Below, piece after piece: positions 7,730-15,479 of a DNA stretch of 32,000 bases. Position numbers and translations under genes: made by a program. Source of the DNA: an uncultured Opitutales bacterium. GTDB lineage: Bacteria > Verrucomicrobiota > Verrucomicrobiia > Opitutales > Intestinicryptomonadaceae. The notes beneath the pieces were generated by a model. The model ran no database searches. It was not told where the DNA came from and was given only the letters and a program-made list of their open reading frames with translations. The stretch covers positions 1 through 32,000 of the forward strand of contig CAKUIA010000003.1 of NCBI GenBank assembly GCA_934660865.1, written 5' to 3'. Position 1 is the stretch's first letter; the number at the start of each line of letters is the position of its first letter.

Positions 7730-9814
7730 TTAAAGAGTTTTTGAATATCTTACATAATTGGTCAGAATTTCGTTAAATATAGAGGTTTTTCTGTCTACCA
7801 TTTGCTCTTTAAAATAGTCGCACAAATATTTATTTATTCTCACTTGTTGCGAAACGTCGTCTTTGGTAATGCTGTAGTAGTTATCGAAAGATTTGCTGTT
7901 TGCGGGGAACGTCGATTTTTGAAGGACATATATAATAAAAGCTCTTAGTTTTGCCTCGACGATTTTTTGATTGCCTTTTGCTTCGGGAAGAGAAGATATA
8001 AATTTTGTGTATCCTTGCGTGTAAAATCCGTTATTGCATGCATCTTTCGAACACCTGCTCAATACGGCAATCAACAAGTTGGCGTTATATTTGCAAATTG
8101 AACGGTATTCCGCTTGCTGTCTTTCGTATTCTTCCATAGTCATCGTTTGCCAAGCGGTATTTTTTAAAGTTTGTAGAGAAAGGAATTTTATGGGTATAAA
8201 TCTGTCGTAGCCCCGTGAATTTAAAAACATTGTGGCCTGTTCGTCCGAAAACGGCGAACGTTTCAAATCGGCGTTGCCTACAACAGCATTTAGGGAATCG
8301 TTAAAGATAATCTTTGTAAGCTTCGGGGTGGGCGGTTGCACTGAAATTGCACAAATATCTTTTATTTTTTCGTCTACCAAAAACGAATTTGAAGCTAGTG
8401 AAGTGAAATTCAAGTTGCTCGACTGTGCGTCTAAAGAAAACGCATAATTGTTTCTGAAAACATAGGCGCGGTTGTCGTATGCTCTTGTAGATGTTCCGTC
8501 AAGCATGTAGGCTACGCCGACTTTTGATATTCTCACGTCGAATAGCCTGTTCATATCAAGAAAATTGTTTTTTACGGGAAAAACGCATATGCCGCTAGAC
8601 GCATTCAATACCATAGATAAAGATGTATCGTCTGAAATTTTTTGCGCTTCGTCCAAATCCGGTATTTCGCCTATGTCTTCTGGCAAATTGTCTACTATAA
8701 ACCCGACAACCTTATATTTTTTATTTACTATCATTTTACTGCACGAAAGCGAAAGTGCGCTATTGTCGAACTTTGCGGGCAAAGAATCGGGTATAAGATA
8801 TTTATTGCCTAATATTACGGGTATTTTGTTTATCCTGCAAAGTATGCCTATTGTTGAACCGCCGCTACCGAAATCGCACTTAAATAGCACTTTGTTTAAA
8901 TCGTATTTCAGCTCGGTTTTATTGAACGCTGCTGGTGGCATTTTCTTTAGCTCTTCAAGCTGTTTTTCGAAATTGTCGGGGTATTTTTCCTGCAGCTGCT
9001 TTTTTACGTTTTCTACTTTTTCGTCTATTACATCGTATAACTTAAACTGCTTTAGTTCGGTATATTTGGAGCATAAATTGTTCAATTCTTCAAGGGCTTT
9101 GTTTGCGTCGCCCTGCGAGCGCGAAACGGCGGTTTGCTGTATTTTATTCCATACGGCGTCGTTATCTATTGCGGCGGAATTTCGGGAGCTAAAAAAGGCG
9201 CGCCATCTGTCGTAGTCGTCGGCCATTTGTTTAAAGTCGCTAATATTAAACTGCTTAAATACGTCGTCTATAAGCTTTCGCTCGGTTGGCGTTGCAGACT
9301 TTCTAAATTGATTATAGGTTATATAGCTTTGCCTGTTTACCTCAAAATAGTCCAGCTGGTTTACATAGTCGCCCTTGGCCTGCGTTTCGGAAAAGTTAAA
9401 AACTTTCATTTCCTCGAAACTTAGCGATTTTTTTATTTCGGCAAGTTTTAGATAGGCGGCAGCCTGCTCGTTAAACCAGGCTCGTTTCATTTCGGTATCG
9501 TAGTCTTGCCCCAGCTTTGAAAGGCCGTTTTTAAGATTGTTTAAAACTTCGGGCGGGAATTTTTGCTTTTGCTTGTGCGCAAAGTCGTTTATCAGCGAGG
9601 CGGCGGTTTCGGCAACCTTTTTTTTGATTGTTTCGCCGCTGTCTTTAACGGTGGTTTTTAAGTCGCGCTTGTCGGGTTTAGCTTCGTTTTGGTTTAAAAC
9701 TTCGTCGTAATAGTCGCGTTTTGGGTTATTGTTGCTTTTTTGCGGTTTGCTGCAGCCTGCCAGCAGCGCAAGCGCAAGAATACCAAGGCAAATAGAGGAT
9801 ATTTTCTTTGTCAT
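7730..9814 (-). CDS. Large orphan lipoprotein, 694 aa, function unknown
   Basis: Lipobox signal MTKKISSICLGILALALLAGC|SK. The first ~300 aa are K/E/Q-rich and helical. The middle is beta-rich with degenerate trypsin-like spacing (see findings). I recognise no family. Confidence 0.8.
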   Translation of the reverse strand: MTKKISSICLGILALALLAGCSKPQKSNNNPKRDYYDEVLNQNEAKPDKRDLKTTVKDSGETIKKKVAETAASLINDFAHKQKQKFPPEVLNNLKNGLSKLGQDYDTEMKRAWFNEQAAAYLKLAEIKKSLSFEEMKVFNFSETQAKGDYVNQLDYFEVNRQSYITYNQFRKSATPTERKLIDDVFKQFNISDFKQMADDYDRWRAFFSSRNSAAIDNDAVWNKIQQTAVSRSQGDANKALEELNNLCSKYTELKQFKLYDVIDEKVENVKKQLQEKYPDNFEKQLEELKKMPPAAFNKTELKYDLNKVLFKCDFGSGGSTIGILCRINKIPVILGNKYLIPDSLPAKFDNSALSLSCSKMIVNKKYKVVGFIVDNLPEDIGEIPDLDEAQKISDDTSLSMVLNASSGICVFPVKNNFLDMNRLFDVRISKVGVAYMLDGTSTRAYDNRAYVFRNNYAFSLDAQSSNLNFTSLASNSFLVDEKIKDICAISVQPPTPKLTKIIFNDSLNAVVGNADLKRSPFSDEQATMFLNSRGYDRFIPIKFLSLQTLKNTAWQTMTMEEYERQQAEYRSICKYNANLLIAVLSRCSKDACNNGFYTQGYTKFISSLPEAKGNQKIVEAKLRAFIIYVLQKSTFPANSKSFDNYYSITKDDVSQQVRINKYLCDYFKEQMVDRKTSIFNEILTNYVRYSKTL

Positions 9815-9912
9815 AATAGGCGGATAATTAAAAAGTAAGTATTGCCTGTCAAGACAAAAACACCGTTAACTAACAGGTGTTTTATGTGCTGAAAAGCAAT
9901 TACAATCTACAG

Positions 9913-10251
9913 ATGAACTATATGCTTTTTATTGGCAAAAGGCTTAGGCTTTTGCGAAATGCCGCAGCTTTCACACAAGAGGCTTTTGCCGAAAAGCTAG
10001 GGCTTGACTACAAGTTTTACCAGGATTTGGAATCGGGGCGCAAAAAGTACATAAGGCTTGATACCATAGAGCGCATTGCCCAAAATTGCAAAATGCCCGT
10101 GTGGGAATTTTTAAAACCTCCCTCAAAAGATTTTGTAAAAGACTGTTTTGTTAGGGTTGCGGCCCCCGTGGGGCGCCCGAAAAAAGTAGAGGCGGCAAAA
10201 AAAGGCAATGGTTTTTGCAAAAAGCGCAAAAGCTGCAAGCGCGTAAAATAG
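9913..10251 (+). CDS. XRE-family helix-turn-helix regulator with a basic AT-hook-like tail
   Basis: IGKRLRLLRNAAAFTQEAFAEKLGLDYKFYQDLESGRK...LDTIERIAQ is a classic Cro/C1 HTH. The C-terminus is PVGRPKKVEAAKKG...KKRKSCKRVK. The start is uncertain: the track starts at GTG 9877, and I prefer ATG 9913 or 9922. Confidence 0.8.
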   Translation: MNYMLFIGKRLRLLRNAAAFTQEAFAEKLGLDYKFYQDLESGRKKYIRLDTIERIAQNCKMPVWEFLKPPSKDFVKDCFVRVAAPVGRPKKVEAAKKGNGFCKKRKSCKRVK

Positions 10252-10359
10252 TTGCCCGAAAAATTTTTGTTTGCAAAAAGCGCGCCAAGTTGATTGCCTA
10301 AAAGGCAAGGTTTTGTATATGTATATTATATAGGGCTTTTTTATGGAGGATTATTATAT

Positions 10360-12300
10360 ATGGGTAAGATAAACAGGCGCAATTTTTTGACTGTATCGGC
10401 CGCAATGTGCGGCTATAGCTTGGTTGTGGCGGCGCCGAAAAACGCGGCCAGCAACCTGCAGCGCAAAAAAAAGAGCGCGCAAAAAAGGCAAAGTTTCCCG
10501 CCCAAAGACGCATTGGGCATATTGGAAGACACGGTTGAATTGCAGTGCGACATTCTTGTGGCAGGCGGCGGGTTGGCGGGGGTATGCTCCGCAATTTCGG
10601 CGGCGCGCCACGGCAAAAAAGTTGTGCTTGTTCAAGACCGGTCAAGACTTGGCGGCAATTCAAGCTCGGAAATTAAAATGCACCCGCTGGGGGTGTTTTC
10701 GCCCAATACGGGCTGGCGCGAGGGCGGCATTATAGAAGAGCTAAAACTTGCAAATGCGGCAACCAACCCGCAGCTGGCCTGGCAAATGTGGGACTTTTTG
10801 CTGTACGACAAGTGCGTAAGCGAAAAAAACCTAACGCTGCTTTTAGACACCGCCATTTGCGCGGTAGACACCAACGGCGACAAGATTAAAGCCGCGTATG
10901 CAAGGTGTTCTACTTCGCGCAAGCTATATAAGATTTCGGCAAAAATTTTTGTAGACTGCACGGGCGACAGCACCCTTGCAATGGAGGCAAACGCCGAAGT
11001 TATGTCGGGCAGAGACGGCTCTAAAAAGTTCGGCGAGTCTTTTGCCGACTTCGACCCCGTGGGCACAAGGCAGGGGTCGTCGATAATGTTTACTTCGAAA
11101 TTATACGACAAGCCCATGCCCTATACCCCGCCTGTGTGGGCAAAAAAAATAACCCCCGAACAGCTTAAATTTAGGGGCTTTAAAAGCGACGGCCTGGCCT
11201 ACGGCTATTGGTGGATAGAGCTTGGCGGCGACGGCGACGCCATTGGCGACAACGAAAAATTGCGCTTTGAACTGCTTTCGATTGTAATGGGCGTGTGGGA
11301 CTATATTAAAAACAGCGGCAAATTCCCTGAGGCTGCAAACAGGGCATTAGACAGCATTGCAATGGTTCCCGGCAGGCGCGACACTTTCAGGATTGTAGGC
11401 GAACGCATTATGACCGAGCACGACATTATGGGCAAGTGGCGCGATTTCGACGACGCCGTTGCCGTTGGCGGCTGGTCTATGGACGACCACCCCGCAAAGG
11501 GCTTTTACGCAAGCGACCGCAAACCCTGCCGCCAGTTCGGCAAAGTGCCGTACTACAACATAGGCCTTTCTTCGCTATATTCAAAAAGCATTAAAAATTT
11601 GATGATGGCGGGGCGCAACATAAGCTGCAGCCACGTTGCGTTTACGTCTACAAGGGTTATGTCGACCTGCTCGGCCGTAGGGCAGGCTGTGGGAACGGCC
11701 GCCGCAATGTGTTTAGACAAAAACATTTTGCCGTACCAGCTGCGCGCAAGCAGCCAAAATATTTTCGAGCTTCAGCAAACGCTTTTGAAAGACGACCAAA
11801 CTATTATTGGCATTAAAAACCAAGACCCCAAAGACTTGGCAAGAAGCGCAAAGGTTGTAGCTTCGTCTAGCATGGAAAACAGCAGGCCCGAAAACGTTTT
11901 AAGCGGCGTTGTTATAGACAAGCCCAAAGAAAACAAAAACAGGTGGGTTGCCGACGCCGCCGAAAAGCAGTGGATTGAGCTTAAGTGGAACAGCCCCGTG
12001 AAGGTTTCGAATGTGCAGTTTACGTTTTACGGCGGCTGCACCGAATTGTCGATGACCCATTCGGCGTATCTGCTAAAGCATATGCACCGCAGCGCGCAAA
12101 AAGAGCTTGTAAGGGATTTCGATTTAATAGCCACGTTGGAAAACGGCGAGCAAAGGAAGTTGTGCTCGGTTCGCAACAATTCGCAACGCCTGCTAAGGCT
12201 AAGCTTTAGCGAAGTTTCCATAACCGCGTTGCGCGCCGAAATCTTGGCAACCAACGGCTCGCCGAAAATTACGGTTTCGGAAATCAGGGCATACGCTTAG
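10360..12300 (+). CDS. Tat-exported FAD-dependent oxidoreductase with a C-terminal discoidin (F5/8 type C)-like domain
   Basis: GGAGGA lies 9 nt upstream of ATG 10360. Twin-arginine signal MGKINRRNFLTVSAAM...VAAP. Rossmann dinucleotide motif DILVAGGGLAGVCSAISAARHGKKVVLVQDRSRLGGN. The C-terminus VVASSSMENS...NRWVADAAEKQWIELKW...ITVSEIRAYA fits the discoidin pattern. The track start at 10294 adds 22 implausible residues. Confidence 0.85.
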   Translation: MGKINRRNFLTVSAAMCGYSLVVAAPKNAASNLQRKKKSAQKRQSFPPKDALGILEDTVELQCDILVAGGGLAGVCSAISAARHGKKVVLVQDRSRLGGNSSSEIKMHPLGVFSPNTGWREGGIIEELKLANAATNPQLAWQMWDFLLYDKCVSEKNLTLLLDTAICAVDTNGDKIKAAYARCSTSRKLYKISAKIFVDCTGDSTLAMEANAEVMSGRDGSKKFGESFADFDPVGTRQGSSIMFTSKLYDKPMPYTPPVWAKKITPEQLKFRGFKSDGLAYGYWWIELGGDGDAIGDNEKLRFELLSIVMGVWDYIKNSGKFPEAANRALDSIAMVPGRRDTFRIVGERIMTEHDIMGKWRDFDDAVAVGGWSMDDHPAKGFYASDRKPCRQFGKVPYYNIGLSSLYSKSIKNLMMAGRNISCSHVAFTSTRVMSTCSAVGQAVGTAAAMCLDKNILPYQLRASSQNIFELQQTLLKDDQTIIGIKNQDPKDLARSAKVVASSSMENSRPENVLSGVVIDKPKENKNRWVADAAEKQWIELKWNSPVKVSNVQFTFYGGCTELSMTHSAYLLKHMHRSAQKELVRDFDLIATLENGEQRKLCSVRNNSQRLLRLSFSEVSITALRAEILATNGSPKITVSEIRAYA

Positions 12301-12330
12301 CCCGTGCAAAACAACAGGCTTTCAAAACAA

Positions 12331-12359
12331 AACGCCGCAAAACAAAGCGGCGTTTTTTT
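12331..12359 (+). terminator. Rho-independent terminator of the FAD oxidoreductase gene
   Basis: AACGCCGC (12331..12338), 8-nt loop, GCGGCGTT (12347..12354), then a T-run. Confidence 0.8.
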
Positions 12360-12451
12360 CGTGTATATTGCAAAAACCGCAAAGCGTTTTTGTATAGCTG
12401 CGGGCACAAAAAAAGCCCGCAAACCTTGTAGTCAAGCGGGCTATAAAACAA

Positions 12452-12534
<83 letters not shown>

Positions 12535-12949
12535 TAAATCGCTTATTTTTAGCGTATTTAGCAATTTATTAAGTACTTGCGACATTGCTTTTTTGAAATC
12601 TCTTTGCCGTCTTTGCCGTTTTTTATGTAAAAATACGGCAAAAATTGCTTGAAATTCTGCAACACTTTTTGCAGTGCTTTTGCTACACTAAAAAGAACAA
12701 TTTTTTATTAGCGGCAAGTATCCAAAAATTAACAAAAAAAGCAAGCCATTTTTAGTAAGATGTCGAGATTTGGACGGAAAAATGTATATATCGGCAACAT
12801 TGGAAATCGGGTAGATGGGTTTTATCTTAAACCAGTGTTTTAACGAAATCTACAAGTTTGCAAAAGAGTAGTAGTTGCTTTATATACAATTTTGGAATAT
12901 CCATAGCAAATGTTGCTAACAGTAAAAAGACACAGTGTTTGTGTAAAAT

Positions 12950-12985
12950 AAAAGAGAGCGATGTTTAGCTACAATGCTCTCTTTT
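12950..12985 (-). terminator. Probable terminator of the toxin-antitoxin operon
   Basis: Starts 3 nt after the stop at 12988. Stem AAAGAGAGC/GCTCTCTTT (12976..12984 and 12951..12959), 16-nt loop, then a T-rich tail (TTTTATTTT) on the minus strand. The loop is large, hence moderate confidence. Confidence 0.5.
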
Positions 12986-12987
12986 TG

Positions 12988-13431
12988 TTAATCAATATTT
13001 GGCAGTAGATTTTTGATTTGCATAGAAACAGTTCTGCTATTTTTTACACATCTGATTACTTGTCGTAATGTATCTTTAGACAATGTTGCGTCTAGGCATT
13101 TTAATTCGTTGCAGTCAAATTTTTCTTTTATATATTTTACGTTAAAATATTTGACGTCGTTGCAGTTTATGTATGTAGGCTTTGAAAGAAATTTTTCGCT
13201 TCCCAATGAAATTTCCGCAATCGTATCAGCGCCATACATACTGCGCAACTGTGCAACGCGTTCTACTCTAGAAGAGGCAACCACAAGTGCGAAAGAGTCT
13301 CCATACGATGGATTGTCGTTTAATATTATTATATAGTGGGGCTCGTTGCTTGTTATGCTAGCTATATGCCCATAGAGCACGGAGCCACAACGCAATACTA
13401 CCTTTCTTAAGAGATTGAAGTTAGATGACAT
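12988..13431 (-). CDS. Putative toxin partner of the Panacea antitoxin, ~147 aa, family unassigned (possible MazF/PemK-like fold)
   Basis: Its ATG (13431..13429) is embedded in the antitoxin's last codons (GATGTCATCTAA), an 11-nt overlap that implies translational coupling. The block order GSVLYGHI / PHYIIILNDNP / FALVVASSR / PTYINCNDVKYFNVKYIKEKF / LSKDTLRQVIRCV parallels MazF/PemK strand order. This is inference only. The track start at 13458 is an alternative. Confidence 0.6.
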   Translation of the reverse strand: MSSNFNLLRKVVLRCGSVLYGHIASITSNEPHYIIILNDNPSYGDSFALVVASSRVERVAQLRSMYGADTIAEISLGSEKFLSKPTYINCNDVKYFNVKYIKEKFDCNELKCLDATLSKDTLRQVIRCVKNSRTVSMQIKNLLPNID

Positions 13432-14053
13432 CGTTGTGCTCTTTAAAAAAGTTATCAAATGATTCCGATTCGTCTATCATTTCCAAAATAACTTTTTTAT
13501 TCTCTTCGGACATATTAAAGCAGGGATTTAGCCCAGCTGGAGGCTCTTCCAAGAAGTCCCGAATATCCATAGGAATGGACGTTTTTTTTCCGTTTGGATT
13601 TTCGCTCGAAAGAATATCCTTTTCGTGTTTTTTCCACTCGGGATATTTGTGGGTTATGCTTACCAAATCAAAAGGTTTTTCCTTGCCGAATGTATCATAG
13701 GCAAATGATAACGCTTCAATATCGGACTCGGACAGAGCGGAAAAATCGATATCTTTTTTTATGAGCTTTAGCGTTTTCCCTCCGTTGGAAAGCTCAAGAA
13801 CATCGGAAGCAAATGCACAGGCATCTATCGGTAGCCAATCTTCGCTAATGTTTGCAACATTCAAAGTGTTCGACGCGACAGGGCCATAATTCATCGCTTT
13901 ATATGTATCACCCGATACGGTTCTACCGTATTTTCTTAGGTGGTATTTATCTGCAAAATACAATAGCTTTATGAGTAATATTTTACTAGTTTCGCAGTTG
14001 TATTTGCTGAGCAACCACGCCAAAATTTCAACAGCTTTTGTATAATCAAACAT
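13421..14053 (-). CDS. Panacea-domain (DUF4065, SocA/GepA-like) antitoxin, 210 aa
   Basis: ILLIKLLYFADKYHLRKYGRTVSGDTYKAMNYGPVASN and LSESDIEALSFAYDTFGKEKPFDLVSITHKYPEWKK match the DUF4065 signature (KLLYfa...G.pl..d.f.A...GPV ... tH...pW). The C-terminal extension is acidic. AAGGA lies 9 nt before the ATG. Confidence 0.8.
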   Translation of the reverse strand: MFDYTKAVEILAWLLSKYNCETSKILLIKLLYFADKYHLRKYGRTVSGDTYKAMNYGPVASNTLNVANISEDWLPIDACAFASDVLELSNGGKTLKLIKKDIDFSALSESDIEALSFAYDTFGKEKPFDLVSITHKYPEWKKHEKDILSSENPNGKKTSIPMDIRDFLEEPPAGLNPCFNMSEENKKVILEMIDESESFDNFFKEHNDVI

Positions 14054-14079
14054 TTATGAAAATCCTTTATATTGCCAGC

Positions 14080-14108
14080 ATTGTTTTTTACTGGGCTATT
14101 TTTGTCAA
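14080..14108 (-). promoter_or_regulatory. Candidate sigma-70 promoter of the antitoxin-toxin operon (TTGACA-N17-AACAAT)
   Basis: The minus strand has a perfect -35 TTGACA (14108..14103), a 17-nt spacer and a weak -10 AACAAT (14085..14080), about 26 nt upstream of the ATG. Confidence 0.35.
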
Positions 14109-14351
14109 GAGATTTTAGTTTTATTGGGAGTACTTCGTTCTTTTTAAGTCGGAAAGATTTTACTGGGTTTTAGAACATGAATTTACTCAAAAAGTTCCAA
14201 AAAACTGTAAAATTGCCTAGAGCGTGCACATGCAATATTGGATACGAGGCAAATTCGTAAGCTTCAAGATTTGCAAACTAGCATCTTGCAATCGGCTACA
14301 TTGACGCAAGTATGTTCGCCGTAAAAATTATGTTAGTCAAAAATTTTTCAC

Positions 14352-15479
14352 TTAGTAGGTAAGTGTTTTGTAGTAGCGCGGAACGCGCTTGGTTATGGAG
14401 CACAGGGCTTGGGCTGCAACTATGGACATGCTTCGGCAATAGTCTTCTATCTTGATTTCGTTTTCGCCAGATTTGCCTATTAAAATAACTTCGTCGCCTT
14501 CCTTTATGTCGTCAAGGCCTGTTGTGTCCAAACAGGCTTGGTCCATAGAAACCCTGCCTATAATCGGCAAAAACTTGCCCCTTACCAAAACCTTTGTTCG
14601 GCCGCCTGCGTTGCGTGTCATACCGTCGCCGTAGCCCGCCGAAATAAGGGCAATTCTGGTGTCTTTTTGCAATGTGTAGGTGTTGCCGTAGCCTACCGAC
14701 GCCCCTTTGGGCAGCCATTTTATTTGGCTTATTGCGGTTCTAAAATACATAATTTGTTCGGGCTTAAACTCCCTTAATATGGAATTTTCTTCGGGTGCAA
14801 CCCCGAACAAAATAAGGCCAATTCTTATCGCCGTAAGGAAATTTTCGGGCACGCGCGAATAGTCGAAAATATCGCCGTGGTGAATGTATATTTTTTTGTA
14901 TTTTAAAATTTCGGCGGCGTCTTTCAAAAAACCGGCGTCTACTTCTATGTCGTGCTCTTTTGCGCCGCTGCCTGTGCCCGACGCGCAAAAGGCCTCGAAC
15001 TTAAGGAATTTTGCCGAAAGCAGGGCGTTTAGCATTTTTCTCGCCTCGGCGTTGTCGGGTATAAGAGGTTTTTCTAGCGGCAGGCGCATGTGAACTGCCA
15101 GCGTTTTGCCGAGTTTTTCGCCCGCCTTTTCAAAGCGTTCAACTTCCTCGAAAGTTGCAAGCACGGGGGTAATGTCGTTTTCGAAATAGAAAGATTCTTC
15201 GCCCACAATGGAGGGGCTCATAACTATAATCTGCCAGCCAAGGCCGACGCTTCGCACCTGCATGGCCTCGGCAAGGTTGGTTACGGCAAAGGCGTCGGCG
15301 CCGCTTTCCATAAGGCGCGCAACCGCCGCGCTAATGCCTATGCCGAATGCGTCGGCCGGAACAAAAGCTATGTAGCCGCGTTCCCTCGGTAAAAAACGCC
15401 TTACGTTTTTAAGATTGCGCTCTAGTGCGCACAAGTCTATCTGAACGGAACACCTTAAATGTGTGCTTGCGAATTCCAT
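14352..15479 (-). CDS. Alanine racemase family protein lacking the PLP-binding lysine (probably not a canonical Alr)
   Basis: Collinear with Alr over the full length: VQIDLCALERNL, RIGLILFG, GASVGYGNTY, LISAGYGDG, IGRVSMDQ. However the VVKANAYGHG motif reads FVPADAFGIG, and the DTGMxRxG and SHFA motifs are absent. Confidence 0.8.
   Translation of the reverse strand: MEFASTHLRCSVQIDLCALERNLKNVRRFLPRERGYIAFVPADAFGIGISAAVARLMESGADAFAVTNLAEAMQVRSVGLGWQIIVMSPSIVGEESFYFENDITPVLATFEEVERFEKAGEKLGKTLAVHMRLPLEKPLIPDNAEARKMLNALLSAKFLKFEAFCASGTGSGAKEHDIEVDAGFLKDAAEILKYKKIYIHHGDIFDYSRVPENFLTAIRIGLILFGVAPEENSILREFKPEQIMYFRTAISQIKWLPKGASVGYGNTYTLQKDTRIALISAGYGDGMTRNAGGRTKVLVRGKFLPIIGRVSMDQACLDTTGLDDIKEGDEVILIGKSGENEIKIEDYCRSMSIVAAQALCSITKRVPRYYKTLTY

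Noticed and set aside
8565-9215. 216-aa plus-strand ORF inside the lipoprotein gene
   Set aside because: It is antisense to a gene with a clear lipobox signal and continuous coding potential. Its translation is S/F/L-rich low complexity.
12601-12618. Tandem duplication TCTTTGCCG x2, checked as a possible repeat array or CRISPR seed
   Set aside because: There are only two 9-nt copies with no spacers and no further repeats nearby. No CRISPR-like array exists anywhere in the window.
14177-14260. 27-aa ORF (MNLLKKFQKTVKLPRACTCNIGYEANS) in the non-coding flank upstream of the antitoxin
   Set aside because: It is very short, with no RBS and no hydrophobic or recognisable peptide pattern. I could not distinguish it from random.
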